This document shows, in pieces, positions 8,624-19,050 of a stretch of DNA of 64,000 nt (position 1 is its first letter; every line of letters begins with the position of its first letter). The stretch lies in assembly GCA_964413375.1 (NCBI GenBank), contig CAYPSI010000235.1, forward strand, positions 8,982 to 72,981. Reading direction: 5' to 3'. Below the pieces are notes generated by a model. It was not told the DNA's origin, searched no databases, and saw nothing but the letters and a program-made list of their open reading frames with translations. The DNA comes from an uncultured Spirochaetales bacterium. Its GTDB lineage: Bacteria; Myxococcota_A; UBA9160; SMWR01. The position numbers and the translations under genes were made by a program.

Positions 8624-9787
8624 GTGCGCCTCGCGCTGCAAGGCCTCGCGCTCGCGGTCCTGATCTCGGCGGGCGCAGCGGCGGCGGAGCCGGTCGTCGT
8701 GATCGCGGAGGCCGGGGACGGCGCGGGCCACGCACTCCGCGGCCCCAGGGGCCTCGCCCTGGATGCCTCGGGGAACCTCTACGTCGCGGGCTTCCTGAGC
8801 CATAACGTCTTCCGCATCTCGGCATCCGGGCAGGTGACGCAGATCGCCGACGCCAGTGGAGACGGCGCCGGGAACCCGCTGCAGGGCCCGCGTGCACTCG
8901 CGGTCGATGCGCAGGGGAACGTCTTCGTCGCGGCCGAGGCGACCCACACGCTCTTCCGCATCACGCCGAAGGGAGAGATCGGTGTCGTCGCCGGTGGCAC
9001 GCTGCGCCCGGTCGGGCCGCCCTTGCGCCGACCCTCGCACGTGGTGGTGGGTCCGGAAGGCGAGGTCTACGTCGCGGGGCAGGGCTCGAGCAACGTCCTC
9101 GTGGTGCCGCCGCAGGGCCCGGTCCGCGAGCTGATCGGAACGCGGGGCGACGGAACGCATCCCTTCCGACGCCCGAACGGCCTCGCGGTCGACCGGAGCG
9201 GCAACGTCTATGTGGTCGGGGCCCGCACGGACAACGCGTTTCGGGTGAGCCCTTCCGGAAAGATCGAGCGGATTCTCGATGCAAGGGGCGCGGGGCCCGA
9301 ACGAGGTCTCCGCTTCCCGGACGCCGTCGCGGTAGACGCCGCAGGCAACGTCTACGTCGCGGGAAACAACAGCGGAAACGTGCTGGCGGTGGCTTCGGAC
9401 GGGAGCGTCCGGCAGCTGGTGGGTGCGCAGGACCCTGAGGACGGGAGCTGGCTCGGCGCGCCTACCGAGCTCGCACTCGCGCCCGACGGGCGGCTCTACG
9501 TGGCACGCATGGGCGAACGGGCGCTCCAGCGCATCGAGTCCGACGGAAAGCCGCGACGCGTTCTCGACGAGACCGGTCCAGATGGGAAGCGCAGACTGCG
9601 CATGGCGCGCGGCCTGCTGATCGATCCGGCGGGCGACGTCTACGTCGCGGGCCTCGGGAGCCACAACGTGCTGCGCATCCCGGCCGCGGCAGCGAAGCCG
9701 CCCGCGGGCGGCGCCACCCCGAGCGGGCCTGCTAGAGGCCTCGATCGAGCGCCGACTGGGCCGCCTGGAGATTCTTCACGACCGTGA
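8624..9787 (+). CDS. Secreted NHL-type beta-propeller repeat protein (about 7 blades)
   Basis: The GTG start gives a signal-like N-terminus (VRLALQGLALAVLISAGAAAAEP). Seven repeats follow the pattern G-N-[VL]-Y-V-A-G-x-x-S-x-N-V-[FL]-R-[IV]. The 3' end overlaps the convergent tadD-like gene by 56 nt. Confidence 0.8.
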   Translation: MRLALQGLALAVLISAGAAAAEPVVVIAEAGDGAGHALRGPRGLALDASGNLYVAGFLSHNVFRISASGQVTQIADASGDGAGNPLQGPRALAVDAQGNVFVAAEATHTLFRITPKGEIGVVAGGTLRPVGPPLRRPSHVVVGPEGEVYVAGQGSSNVLVVPPQGPVRELIGTRGDGTHPFRRPNGLAVDRSGNVYVVGARTDNAFRVSPSGKIERILDARGAGPERGLRFPDAVAVDAAGNVYVAGNNSGNVLAVASDGSVRQLVGAQDPEDGSWLGAPTELALAPDGRLYVARMGERALQRIESDGKPRRVLDETGPDGKRRLRMARGLLIDPAGDVYVAGLGSHNVLRIPAAAAKPPAGGATPSGPARGLDRAPTGPPGDSSRP

Positions 9788-10646
9788 GCCGGTCGCCTCC
9801 GCCAGTCTGGAGGCTGCGCTCGAACTGATCGATCGCCTTGGCATGCTCGCCGTTCAGGTAGTAGAGGTAACCGAGGTTGTTCAGCGCCGCCTGCTCGCTG
9901 CCGGTCCTGCGGAACTCGACCATGGCTTCGTCGTAACGGCCCTGGCGGCCGACGGCGAGGCCGAGATTGTTGTGAACCGCCGCATCGACCGGATCGAGCA
10001 GGATCGCCGCTCGGAACGCCTCTTCGGCCTTCGCGAACTCGCCACTGGTGAGATAGGAGACGCCCAGGTTGTTCACGATGCGCGCATCCTTCGGCGAGAG
10101 GCCGTGCGCCCGCTCGGCGAACTCCCGGGCGCGTGCGTGCTCGTCCTGGAGGTCGTAGACGACCGCGAGCCAGTAGAGGGCCGACGCCGACTCGGGATCG
10201 AGCTCCACCGCGCGTTCGAGCGATTCGCGCGCCGCTTGCAGGCGATTCTGCGCGAAACGCGCGAGGCCGAGACCCGCGTGCGCCTCGGACGAGTCCGGGT
10301 GGTCGTCCACGATCTCGGAGAAGAGTGCTTCGGCGCGCTCGGGGTTCTTCGAGACCTCCACGAAGCCGATCCGCGCCCGCGGGGTCGGATTCTCGGGATC
10401 CTGGCGGGCGGCCTGCGCGTAGCTCCAGATCGCCTCGCCGCCCCGCCCACCGGCGAGGAGCCGATCGGCCTCTGCGAGCCGCTCTTCCACCGTCTGTCGT
10501 TTGGGCGGATCGGGATCCATCGCGGCGCTGCGCGCGCGCCGTGCGTCGAGCACCTCCTGCTGCGCCGCATCGGGACCGAGCCAGGCGCAACCGGGCAGGG
10601 CCAGCAGGAGCGTGAGCGCGAGGAGCGTCCTTGCCGCGAGCGGCAT
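9732..10646 (-). CDS. tadD: TPR-repeat lipoprotein, TadD-like
   Basis: Lipobox LLLALPGC, then TPR repeats (AEALFSEIVDDHPDSSEAHAGLGLA.., ASALYWLAVVYDLQDEHARA..). It is the last gene of the tad operon. Confidence 0.75.
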   Translation of the reverse strand: MPLAARTLLALTLLLALPGCAWLGPDAAQQEVLDARRARSAAMDPDPPKRQTVEERLAEADRLLAGGRGGEAIWSYAQAARQDPENPTPRARIGFVEVSKNPERAEALFSEIVDDHPDSSEAHAGLGLARFAQNRLQAARESLERAVELDPESASALYWLAVVYDLQDEHARAREFAERAHGLSPKDARIVNNLGVSYLTSGEFAKAEEAFRAAILLDPVDAAVHNNLGLAVGRQGRYDEAMVEFRRTGSEQAALNNLGYLYYLNGEHAKAIDQFERSLQTGGGDRLTVVKNLQAAQSALDRGL

Positions 10647-10656
10647 GCGGCGCTGC

Positions 10657-11580
10657 CTAGCCCTTCTTCTCGCCGAAGAACGCGAACATCTGCATCAGAC
10701 CGGGACCGATCGTCACGATCAGCGTTGCGACGAAGATGATCAGCGTCGGGAACATCATCTTGAGCGGCGCCTTGCCCGCCTGCTCCTCGGCGCGCAGCAG
10801 CCGCTGCACCCGAAGGCTGTCTGAGTGCACGCGCAGGGTGTCGGCGACGCTCGTGCCGAAGCGCTCCGTCTGCACCAGCATCGCGACGAGTGAGGCGACC
10901 TCGCTCACACCGGTGCGCTCCGCCAGCGCGCGCAGCGCGTCCGTGCTCGACTTGCCGGCGCGGATCTCGAGCGTCACGAGCTCGAACTCGGCGGACAGGA
11001 TCGGGTTCGAGCGGTGGAACTCGCGGGCCACGCGGGCGAGGCTCGCATTGATGCCGAGGCCCGCTTCGACGCACACCACCATCAGGTCGAGCGCGTCGGG
11101 GAGGCCGAGGATGATGCTCATCTGGCGCTCGGAGCGGGCCCGATCGAGCCAGAAGCTCGGCGCCACGAGGCCGACGCCGGCCGAGCAGCAGAGCATCACG
11201 ATGAGCTTGAGCTCCGAGACGTCCCAGGCGGGACTCGAGAGCATCAGCAGGAAGGGGAGGAGCAGCGCCAGCACCAGGCGGGTGGTCATGTAGAGGCCGA
11301 CCGCGGAATCGCGACGGTAGCCGGCTTCCACCAGGCGCTTGCGGATGCGCGAGGCCGCCTCGCCCTGGGTCGACTTCGACGCGAAGGGGATCAGCAGCTT
11401 CAGCAGCCAGCTCGTCTGGTCCCCCGCGCCCTCCGCACCATCGAGCACCGGGATCCGCGCCGCGGAGCCGTCCGCCAGCTTGGCGAGGCGCCGCTTGACG
11501 GTTTGATTGGGGGCGAAGCTCGTCGCGCCGAGCACGAGGGCCGCGCCGGCGACGAACACGAGAACGAGGAGCAGCGCCAT
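10657..11580 (-). CDS. tadC: Type II secretion F-family platform protein, TadC-like
   Basis: An N-terminal TM segment, a cytoplasmic T2SSF-type domain (LPDALDLMVVCVEAGLGINASL..) and C-terminal TM helices. It follows tadB. Confidence 0.85.
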   Translation of the reverse strand: MALLLVLVFVAGAALVLGATSFAPNQTVKRRLAKLADGSAARIPVLDGAEGAGDQTSWLLKLLIPFASKSTQGEAASRIRKRLVEAGYRRDSAVGLYMTTRLVLALLLPFLLMLSSPAWDVSELKLIVMLCCSAGVGLVAPSFWLDRARSERQMSIILGLPDALDLMVVCVEAGLGINASLARVAREFHRSNPILSAEFELVTLEIRAGKSSTDALRALAERTGVSEVASLVAMLVQTERFGTSVADTLRVHSDSLRVQRLLRAEEQAGKAPLKMMFPTLIIFVATLIVTIGPGLMQMFAFFGEKKG

Positions 11581-11590
11581 GGCTCCCTCC

Positions 11591-12559
11591 CTAGACCTTG
11601 ATCATCGCCATGCGGCGGCAGATCACGTATCCGATCACCACCAGCACGAACGAGATCAGTGCGAGGAACTGGCCGCCCTCCTCCTCCCAGAGCGGGGCGA
11701 CGTAGTCCCGGTTCACCGCGTAGAGGGCCCCGACCATCACGAGGGGCCAGCCGGCGAGCAGATTCGCGGAGGCCCGCCCCATCGCCGTGAGCGCCTTCAC
11801 CTTGCCGTAGATCTTGAAGCGCTCGCGGATCACGCGCGACAGATTCTGGAGTACCTCGGCCAGGTTGCTCCCGGTCTCCTGCTGGATCGAGATCGCCGTC
11901 ACGAAGAAGGGAAGGTCCTCCGACTCCACGCGGTAGGTCAGGTTGGCGAGGGCAAAGCGCACGTGCTGCCCGAGCTGGATCTCGTGGGCGACCTGGCCGA
12001 ACTCGCTTCCGATCGGGTCGGGCAGTTCCTTGCCGATCATCTGCAGACCCGTCGAGAGCGAGTGGCCGGCGCGCAGCGCGCGGATCAGCAGGTCCAGCGC
12101 GTCGGGGAGCTGTGCCTCGAAGAGGTCGCGGCGCTTGTTCCTGAGGCGCGAGAGCTGGATCCACGGCACGAGGCCGATCATCGAGCAGAGCGTCGCCATC
12201 GCGATGTCCTCGAAGAGGACCATGCCGACGAACCAGCCGCCGGTGAAGAGGCCGACGGAGAGCAGCACGAAGCGCTCCGGGCGGACCGAGAGCCCCGCCC
12301 GGTAGAGGGAGAGCTCGAGGTTCTCTCCGAAGGGCAGGGAGCGCACGATCCGGTCGAGCAGCGAGACGCCTGCGCGCGTCGCGCGCAGGATCGACTCCTC
12401 GTCGCGCGTCTCGGGAGCCTGGAGCACGGCCGCCATCTGGCGCAGCCGCTTGCGCGCCGCCGAGACCTGTCGGCCGCGGCGGTTGCTCACGAGCTCCTGG
12501 AGACCCTCCACCGCCAGCAGCACGGAGAGGAAGATCAGTACGTAGAGGATCGGAGACAT
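11591..12559 (-). CDS. tadB: Type II secretion F-family platform protein, TadB-like
   Basis: LPDALDLLIRALRAGHSLSTGLQMI.. is a T2SSF-type domain flanked by TM helices. It lies immediately downstream of cpaF. Confidence 0.85.
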   Translation of the reverse strand: MSPILYVLIFLSVLLAVEGLQELVSNRRGRQVSAARKRLRQMAAVLQAPETRDEESILRATRAGVSLLDRIVRSLPFGENLELSLYRAGLSVRPERFVLLSVGLFTGGWFVGMVLFEDIAMATLCSMIGLVPWIQLSRLRNKRRDLFEAQLPDALDLLIRALRAGHSLSTGLQMIGKELPDPIGSEFGQVAHEIQLGQHVRFALANLTYRVESEDLPFFVTAISIQQETGSNLAEVLQNLSRVIRERFKIYGKVKALTAMGRASANLLAGWPLVMVGALYAVNRDYVAPLWEEEGGQFLALISFVLVVIGYVICRRMAMIKV

Positions 12560-12572
12560 GCAAGTCCTCCCG

Positions 12573-13949
12573 TCAGACGGCTTCGCGCTCGCGGCGCTCG
12601 AACAAGTGGGACGGCAGCTCGATCCCCGCGAGCTTCAGGCGCTTGGTGAAGTGCGGGCGGATCCCGGTGGGCACCAGCTCTCCCAGCACCTGCCCGTCCT
12701 TGTCGACGCCGTAGCGCTCGAAGTGGAAGATCTCCTGCATGGTGACGACCTCGCCCTCCATGCCGGTGATCTCCTGCAGGCTCGTGAGCCGGCGCTTGCC
12801 GTCCGAGAGCCGCTCGAGCTGGATCACGACGTCGATCGCCGAGGCGATCTGGTTGCGGACGGCGCGGGGCGGGATGTCGAGGCCCGTCATCGCGACCATC
12901 GTCTCGGCGCGCATCAGCGCGTCGCGCGGCGAGTTGGCGTGAATCGTGGTCAGCGATCCGTCGTGGACGGTGTTCATCGCCTGGAGCATGTCGAGGCACT
13001 CGCCGCCGCGGACCTCGCCAACGATGATGCGATCGGGCCGCATCCGGAGGCTGTTGATGACGAGGTCCCGCTGCGCGATCAGGCCGCGGCCTTCGATGTT
13101 GGCCGGCCGGGTCTCGAGGCGCACCACGTGGTCCTGGCGCAGCAGGAGCTCCGCCGAGTCCTCGATCGTGACGATCCGCTCGTGGTCGGGAATGAAGCTC
13201 GAGACGACGTTCAAGAGCGTGGTTTTTCCTGCGCCCGTACCGCCCGAGATCAACACGTTGAGACGCGCCCTCACGATGCCGGAGAGCACCTGTACCGATT
13301 CTGGGGTGAGTGCGCCCATGGCGACCAGGTCGTCCGCACCGAGCGGGTCGGTCCCGAAGCGCCGGATCGACATGATCGGTCCGTCGAGCGCGAGCGGCGG
13401 AATGATCGCGTTCACGCGCGACCCGTCCGCGAGGCGAGCGTCGACCATCGGCGTCGTCTCGTCGACGCGACGCCCGATCGCGGAGACGATCTTCTCGATG
13501 ATGCGCATCAGGTGGGTGTTGTCCTTGAAGCGGGCGGAGGTCCGCTCGAGGCGTCCACGTCGCTCGACGTAGATCTGGTCCGACCCGTTCACCAGGATGT
13601 CCGAGATCGTGGGATCGGCGAGCAGCGGCTCGAGCGGGCCGAGGCCGAAGACTTCGTCCTGGATCTCGCGCACGAAGCGATCGCGCTCGTCGAGCGTGAG
13701 CAGGATCTTCTCCTCCTCGAGGATCCGCTGGGTCGCGAGGGCCACGTCCTGCCGGATCCGGTCCTCGCTCACCTTCGAGAGCTTGGCCAGGTCGAGGTTC
13801 TCGAAGAGGCGGTTGTGGACCCGCGACTTGAGCTCCTGGTAGGCGACTTCCGGGGGCGGCCCGGCGGGAGTCGTCTCCGGCTTCTTCTTCGGCTCGCCTG
13901 CCTTCGGCCCGCGCGCCTCCCGCCCCTTGAGACGTTCAAGCAGTGCCAT
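12573..13949 (-). CDS. cpaF: Tad pilus secretion ATPase CpaF/TadA
   Basis: Walker [21 protein letters not shown], Walker [13 protein letters not shown] and His box GSLTTIHAN match the CpaF/VirB11-like family. I use the ATG at 13949 (MALLERLKG..), not the track start at 14039. Confidence 0.93.
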   Translation of the reverse strand: MALLERLKGREARGPKAGEPKKKPETTPAGPPPEVAYQELKSRVHNRLFENLDLAKLSKVSEDRIRQDVALATQRILEEEKILLTLDERDRFVREIQDEVFGLGPLEPLLADPTISDILVNGSDQIYVERRGRLERTSARFKDNTHLMRIIEKIVSAIGRRVDETTPMVDARLADGSRVNAIIPPLALDGPIMSIRRFGTDPLGADDLVAMGALTPESVQVLSGIVRARLNVLISGGTGAGKTTLLNVVSSFIPDHERIVTIEDSAELLLRQDHVVRLETRPANIEGRGLIAQRDLVINSLRMRPDRIIVGEVRGGECLDMLQAMNTVHDGSLTTIHANSPRDALMRAETMVAMTGLDIPPRAVRNQIASAIDVVIQLERLSDGKRRLTSLQEITGMEGEVVTMQEIFHFERYGVDKDGQVLGELVPTGIRPHFTKRLKLAGIELPSHLFERREREAV

Positions 13950-15144
13950 TTTCCACCTTCTTGAAGAGGCGGCGCACGCGCGCGGCCAGGTTGTCCGAGT
14001 CCTCCCCTTGCGTCTCGACCTCGAGGCCGGACCAGGCATGTGCCGAGCGCGCCAGCGCCACGTAGGCCAGGTGCAGCGGCGAGCGGGGAGCGATCTCGCC
14101 GAGCGGGCGGCCCTCGTTCACGCTGCCGACGGTGTTCGGATAGTCGTTCGGCAGGTGCGTGTCGGGGGCGCGGCCCAGGAACTGCGAGAACTCCTTGTCG
14201 GTCACGGCATCGCGGCGGGAGTAGCGGTTCGCAATCGGATGGATCTTCGCATCCGAGTGCCCGAGGCGGCGCAGCAGATCGAGGTGCTGTCGCGCGTGGT
14301 TGAGCGTCGGAACGTCGAGTGAGGTGATCAGCAGGATCTCGGAGGCGAGGTCGAGCGCGCGAACGCTGGCTTCGTTCCAGCTGCGGGAGACGTCGAGCAC
14401 GACGAAGTCGAACTCCTCGCGCAGGATCGAGATCACGCGCTCCACGTGGACGCCGCGTACCAGCTCGGCCTCCTCGACGCGCTCCGGCGCTGCGAGGATC
14501 TGGACGCCGCTGCGGTGCCCCTGGAGAAGCCCGCGCAGATAGGTGGCGTCGAGGTCGTCGGCCTGCTTCACGACGTGCGCCAGGGTGTAGGTCGGACGCA
14601 CGTCGAAGTGCAGGGCCACGTCGCCGAGCGGGTAGTTGAGGTCCACGACGACCGTGCGGCTCCCCAGGGCCTGGAGCGCCGCGGCGAGCTGACAGGCGAC
14701 CACCGTGGCGCCCACGCCCCCCTTGGCGCCCATCACCGCGAGCACGGGTGCGAGCCTCCCGGTGGGAACGGCAGGGCGGCTGTCGAGCACGAGCCGGTCC
14801 ACCAGCTCTCGGACCGCTTCGCGGCTCGGAGCGGGCGGAAAGAACTCCCGCGCGCCCTGCTTCATCGCGCGCAGGATGACCTGGCTGTCCTCCTGGGGTC
14901 CGCAGACGGCGAGGATCGGTCGCGGCGCCGGCAGCCGGTCGAGAAGATCGAGCGTGTCGTGCGGGCAGAGGCCGAGATCGGCGAAGAGGGCGTCGGGCTG
15001 GTGCTCGCGCAGCGCCTCGAAGAGCGCGTCCTCGTCGGATACCACGGCGACCACGTGAGCGTGCCCCGCGGACTGGAGCCGCGTGCGGATCTCGGAGCCG
15101 AACTCGTCCTGCTCGGAGTAGACCAGGAACTTGATGTCTGCCAC
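13936..15144 (-). CDS. cpaE: Tad pilus localisation ATPase CpaE/TadZ (receiver-like domain plus ParA/MinD-like domain)
   Basis: The GTG start at 15144 is preceded by GGAAGGAGAG. It has an N-terminal receiver-like fold and a deviant Walker [14 protein letters not shown]. The 3' end overlaps the cpaF start by 14 nt. Confidence 0.85.
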   Translation of the reverse strand: MADIKFLVYSEQDEFGSEIRTRLQSAGHAHVVAVVSDEDALFEALREHQPDALFADLGLCPHDTLDLLDRLPAPRPILAVCGPQEDSQVILRAMKQGAREFFPPAPSREAVRELVDRLVLDSRPAVPTGRLAPVLAVMGAKGGVGATVVACQLAAALQALGSRTVVVDLNYPLGDVALHFDVRPTYTLAHVVKQADDLDATYLRGLLQGHRSGVQILAAPERVEEAELVRGVHVERVISILREEFDFVVLDVSRSWNEASVRALDLASEILLITSLDVPTLNHARQHLDLLRRLGHSDAKIHPIANRYSRRDAVTDKEFSQFLGRAPDTHLPNDYPNTVGSVNEGRPLGEIAPRSPLHLAYVALARSAHAWSGLEVETQGEDSDNLAARVRRLFKKVENGTA

Positions 15145-15164
15145 AGGAGCTCTCCTTCCTTCCT

Positions 15165-16361
15165 TCAGCGCACGAGCACCGGGAAATCCGCCCGGATGCC
15201 GAAGTCTTCCCCGCCGGTCCCGGTGGGACCGATGGGGCACTCGGCAAAGAGCGGGTCGCTCGGACACAGGAAGCGGCCCTTGATGATCTTGTCCGGGGTC
15301 ACGATGACCTCCCGGATCTCGAAGCATACGAAGCCGACCATGTCCGCGACGGTTCCGCCGGCGCAGTGGTCGTCGGTCTGGCACTCGATCACCGGCAGGC
15401 CGACGACCCACGAGTCGTTGACACCGGTGTGCGGGAGGTAGCGGTCCGTGCCGGCCCCGTTGCCGACGTAGCCCCCGCTTCCCTGCATGCGCTGGTCGAC
15501 CTCGTCGATGAGCGGTGTCTTGGTGCCGTTGTCGACGAAGATCGGGAAGAGGCCGGGGACCTCCTCCTGGTAGCCCGTCTCGATGATGTCGAGCACGTCC
15601 GGCACGTTCACGCCGGGCTGGTCGCCATCGAACTGGGTCCAGCAGGCGTTCTGCTCGGCGGTGTTGTTGAACTCGAGGCAGGTGACCGTGTTCGCGCCCT
15701 CGGTCTGCGGGGTATCGAGCGCGCAGGGGTTCACGGTGCTCGCGATCGTGTCGCAGTAGTCGGCCTCGCAGTCCGCTCCGCGCAGCTTGCAACAGTCGAT
15801 CGCGATCGGCAGATCGAGCTTGCCCGGGCCCAGCCGGCCGGCGAAGCCCAGGTAGGAGGTTGCGTGGGCGCTCACCGCGAAGCTGGTACGGCCGAGGATG
15901 CGCGCCATGAAGGCCGGAATCGGGCTGTTCGCCGCGCCGTCCGAGCGGCTCACGACATCCACCGCATTCACCTGGTTCGGGTCCGAGAGGTCGACGCTCG
16001 AATCGAAGGTTCGCGAGGCGAGGTCCCAGTGCCCGTAGTGGATGTCTGCCGAGTCGACGACGACGCCGCCCGGTGCCGCCACCGAGGGGTTGAGACCGGC
16101 CTGGTCCACCACCGCGCTCTCGGCCTCGCTGAGCGTCACCGAGGGCCCGACCTTCTCGATCAGGTTCGCACCCCCGGCGAGCGCCGCTGCATCCGTGGCG
16201 TTCTGGAGCTGCGTGCGCGCGGCCCAGACGAGTCCCACGTCGATCGCGAGCGCCCCGGCCGCGATCAGCGCGACCAGCGCGACGAGCACGGTGATCATCG
16301 CGACGCCGCGTCGTCCGCGGCGCTGACTGCCCTTTTCGTTCGTTTGGTTGGCTCGTTGCAT
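15165..16361 (-). CDS. tadG: TadG-like pilus protein with Cys-rich C-terminal domain
   Basis: The N-terminus RRGVAMITVLVALVALIAAGALAIDVGLVW..LQNATDAAALAG is typical of the TadE/G-like membrane anchor. Twelve Cys are confined to the C-terminal ~210 residues. Confidence 0.75.
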   Translation of the reverse strand: MQRANQTNEKGSQRRGRRGVAMITVLVALVALIAAGALAIDVGLVWAARTQLQNATDAAALAGGANLIEKVGPSVTLSEAESAVVDQAGLNPSVAAPGGVVVDSADIHYGHWDLASRTFDSSVDLSDPNQVNAVDVVSRSDGAANSPIPAFMARILGRTSFAVSAHATSYLGFAGRLGPGKLDLPIAIDCCKLRGADCEADYCDTIASTVNPCALDTPQTEGANTVTCLEFNNTAEQNACWTQFDGDQPGVNVPDVLDIIETGYQEEVPGLFPIFVDNGTKTPLIDEVDQRMQGSGGYVGNGAGTDRYLPHTGVNDSWVVGLPVIECQTDDHCAGGTVADMVGFVCFEIREVIVTPDKIIKGRFLCPSDPLFAECPIGPTGTGGEDFGIRADFPVLVR

Positions 16362-16399
16362 GGCTCTAGCCTCTTCCGGGTGCAGGGCGCGTTTCAGCG

Positions 16400-16672
16400 C
16401 TACCCGCCCGTCACGATCGCCGGCATCGAGGGCGTGTGCGCGCCGCCCTGTCCCCGGTGGTAGCGGTCCATCACGTCCTCGCCGGTGATCCCGTCGAGTC
16501 CCTGAGGACCCGGCTCGTTCGCGCGCCCGGCCTCCGGGTCCGCGATCTGGGCGTTCATGTTCTCGCGGTGTGCGTTACCCATGTTCTGGGCCACCAGCGA
16601 GTGCTCGCAGCCCACGAGCGGGAGGGCGAGCAGCGCCGTCGCGATGCACAGAGCGGAGATCTGCCTGGTCAC
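16400..16672 (-). CDS. Small lipoprotein of the tad locus (unknown family)
   Basis: 90 aa, with a lipobox in ALLALPLVGC. The GTG start overlaps the secretin stop (GTGA). Confidence 0.6.
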   Translation of the reverse strand: MTRQISALCIATALLALPLVGCEHSLVAQNMGNAHRENMNAQIADPEAGRANEPGPQGLDGITGEDVMDRYHRGQGGAHTPSMPAIVTGG

Positions 16673-18177
16673 TTCGACTCTCCTTCCGGCGTGGCGGTCA
16701 CTCGGTGGCCGACGTCGCCGATCATGCCGCCCGGCTGGGCGGTTTCTCCGGGGTATCCCTCGAGCTTGCCGAGGAGATAGAACTCGAGTGCGCTGGGCTC
16801 GATGAACGAGTCCGTGGGAAGCGGATGCGGGCCGGGCCCGAGCGGCTTCACCAGGTGCGGCGTCACGATGATCACCAGCTCCGTCTGGGCCTTCTGGTAG
16901 AGACTGCTGCGGAAGAGGTTCCCGAGGATCGGAATGTCGCCGAGCAGCGGATAGCGGCCCGAGAGCTGGCGCACCGATTCGCTGAGCAGGCCCGCGATCG
17001 CGAAGCTCTGCCCGTCCTTGAGCTCGACGGCCGTCGTCGCCCGACGCGTGACGAAGCCCGGTACGATCGTGCCGCCGACCTCGGTCCCGAGCGTGAAGTC
17101 GACGTCGCTCACCTCGGGTGCGACCGCGAGATGGATGCGGTCGGGGCCGAGAACGGTGGGCGTGAAGCCGAGACCGACGCCGAAGTCCTTGAACTCGACC
17201 GTGATCGAGCCGAAGGCGCCGCCCTGGGCGATCGGGATCGGCACCTCGCCGCCGACCAGGAAGCTGGCCGTCTCGCCGCTGCGGGCGAGCAGCGTCGGCT
17301 CGGCCAGCACCTTGCCGAGACCGCGCTCGTCGAGGGCGTCGAGGAACACCGCGAGCTGCTCGAGGGCTCCGTAGCCCGAGAGCAGGGCCGCGAAGTTCAC
17401 CGCGTCCGAGATCGGGATCTCGCCCAGCGCGTCGGCGGGGCCGGAGAGACCCTGGATGAAGCTTGCGACGTTGATCGTGCCGCTGCCGGCCTCGATCAGC
17501 GCGTTGAAGTTCATGCCGAACTCGCGGTTCAGCGTCCGCGACATCTCGGCGATCACGACCTTCAGCATCACCTCCTGGTTGCCGCCGACCTGGAGCAGGT
17601 TCACGATCTTCCCGGTGCTCTCAGCGCCCAGGTAGGCCTCCGAGACCTCGAGGGCCTGCTCGAGCTTGATGGCGCTCGGGACCGAGCCCTTCAGCACCGT
17701 GGCGTGGCCCGTGCTCTCGACCGTGATGTCCTCGACCTCGAGGATGCGGCGCAGCTCCGCCTGGAGCTGGGACTGCGCGCTGCTGACGTGGACGTCGATC
17801 GCCGCCTGGAGGCGCCCGCTGGGATCCCAGACGAGCACGTTGGTGGTGCCGACGGCCTTCGCGACGAGCTGGAGCTCCGTCGAGTTCAGGACCACGACGT
17901 CGAGGATCTCGGGGCTCCCCACCGCCACGCGCTTCACCGAGTAGCCCGCCTTCAGGAACATGGACTTGCCGCGTTCCATCGCGAGCTGGCGGAGCACGTC
18001 GGTCGCGTCGCCCGAAGGGTCGAGGTGGACCACCGCGTCTCCGGGCGCCGCTGCGAGCACCTGGGTCGTCGATGTGGCCGCCGCGGGCCCGGCAAGGCCC
18101 AGGGCGAGCGCCAGTGCCAGCACGCTCCCCCGTCGCGTTGCTCGCGCGCGTCGCGCGCAGGCCGTAGAAGTGGACAT
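16669..18177 (-). CDS. cpaC: Tad pilus secretin CpaC/RcpA
   Basis: Signal peptide, an N-terminal pilus-formation/BON-like region and a C-terminal secretin core (VPGFVTRRATTAVELKDGQSFAIAGLL..PLLGDIPILGNLFRS..TELVIIVTPHLV). Confidence 0.9.
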   Translation of the reverse strand: MSTSTACARRARATRRGSVLALALALGLAGPAAATSTTQVLAAAPGDAVVHLDPSGDATDVLRQLAMERGKSMFLKAGYSVKRVAVGSPEILDVVVLNSTELQLVAKAVGTTNVLVWDPSGRLQAAIDVHVSSAQSQLQAELRRILEVEDITVESTGHATVLKGSVPSAIKLEQALEVSEAYLGAESTGKIVNLLQVGGNQEVMLKVVIAEMSRTLNREFGMNFNALIEAGSGTINVASFIQGLSGPADALGEIPISDAVNFAALLSGYGALEQLAVFLDALDERGLGKVLAEPTLLARSGETASFLVGGEVPIPIAQGGAFGSITVEFKDFGVGLGFTPTVLGPDRIHLAVAPEVSDVDFTLGTEVGGTIVPGFVTRRATTAVELKDGQSFAIAGLLSESVRQLSGRYPLLGDIPILGNLFRSSLYQKAQTELVIIVTPHLVKPLGPGPHPLPTDSFIEPSALEFYLLGKLEGYPGETAQPGGMIGDVGHRVTATPEGESK

Positions 18178-18210
18178 GGTCTTGTTCTCCCTGGTCTTTT
18201 CGTCTGACCC

Positions 18211-19017
18211 TTAGAAGCTCTTGACGGAAACGCTCGAGCCCGTGATGACCTGGACGCTGGGTCCCGCCTGCACCGCCACCTTCGGCTTGCGCGCCGGCCC
18301 ACCGCCGAGCAGGGTGGCCACGCTCACGGGCTGGGTCTTCACCTCCTCGTGATCCGCGGGGCTGCGCAGCGCGAGCTGGAGGCGACCCTCGTGGGCCGCG
18401 TAGGTGAGCTCCTCGGACTGCTTCGGAGTGACCTCCATCGTCACCACGCTCACGAGCTCGGGGTCGCCGTTCTTGGCCTCCTCGAGCTTCTGATCGATCG
18501 CGAGCACGGTGATGTCCTGGAGGATCAGCTTCGTGTAAGGGAGCTTCTCCTGGGTATCGATGCGGCGGAGCGTGGCGAGCACGTCCACGCGCGTCCCGGG
18601 CGCGACGAAACCGGCGACGCCGACCACCGGGTCCACCTTCACCGAGACCGCCCGCTTGGCATTCGTGATCACCGAAGGCAGGCCCGCCTGCGACCCGATC
18701 GGCAGCAGCGAGGACTCGAGCACCGGCTCGCCGCGCGTGAGAGGGCGCCGCAGCACCCGTCCGCTGAGCTGCGCGGGGTCCGCGTAGGCGCCCGTCGGGA
18801 CGTAGTCGCGCGGCCAGTCGACGGTGTCGAGCTGGAGCGCGATCAGCGCCGACCCCACCGTGACGTCGGCTCGTGCCACCACCACCGCGGTGGTGGCGAC
18901 GGCCGGCTGGGCCGCGCTGGATGCCCGGTCCTCGAGGACGCTGCGGGCCGTGAAGGCGGCAGCGATCCCGAAGACGATCGCCAAGCCGAAGAACAAGAGT
19001 GCGCGTCGATTCTGCAT
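18211..19017 (-). CDS. cpaB: Flp pilus assembly protein CpaB/RcpC
   Basis: An N-terminal TM anchor (RRALLFFGLAIVFGIAAAF), a SAF-like region and an RcpC-like region. The ATG at 19017 is preceded by AGGAG; the track's TTG at 19041 is less likely. Confidence 0.85.
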   Translation of the reverse strand: MQNRRALLFFGLAIVFGIAAAFTARSVLEDRASSAAQPAVATTAVVVARADVTVGSALIALQLDTVDWPRDYVPTGAYADPAQLSGRVLRRPLTRGEPVLESSLLPIGSQAGLPSVITNAKRAVSVKVDPVVGVAGFVAPGTRVDVLATLRRIDTQEKLPYTKLILQDITVLAIDQKLEEAKNGDPELVSVVTMEVTPKQSEELTYAAHEGRLQLALRSPADHEEVKTQPVSVATLLGGGPARKPKVAVQAGPSVQVITGSSVSVKSF

Positions 19018-19050
19018 GGTGTCCTCGCTCCTAGGTCCCAAGAGACCCGA

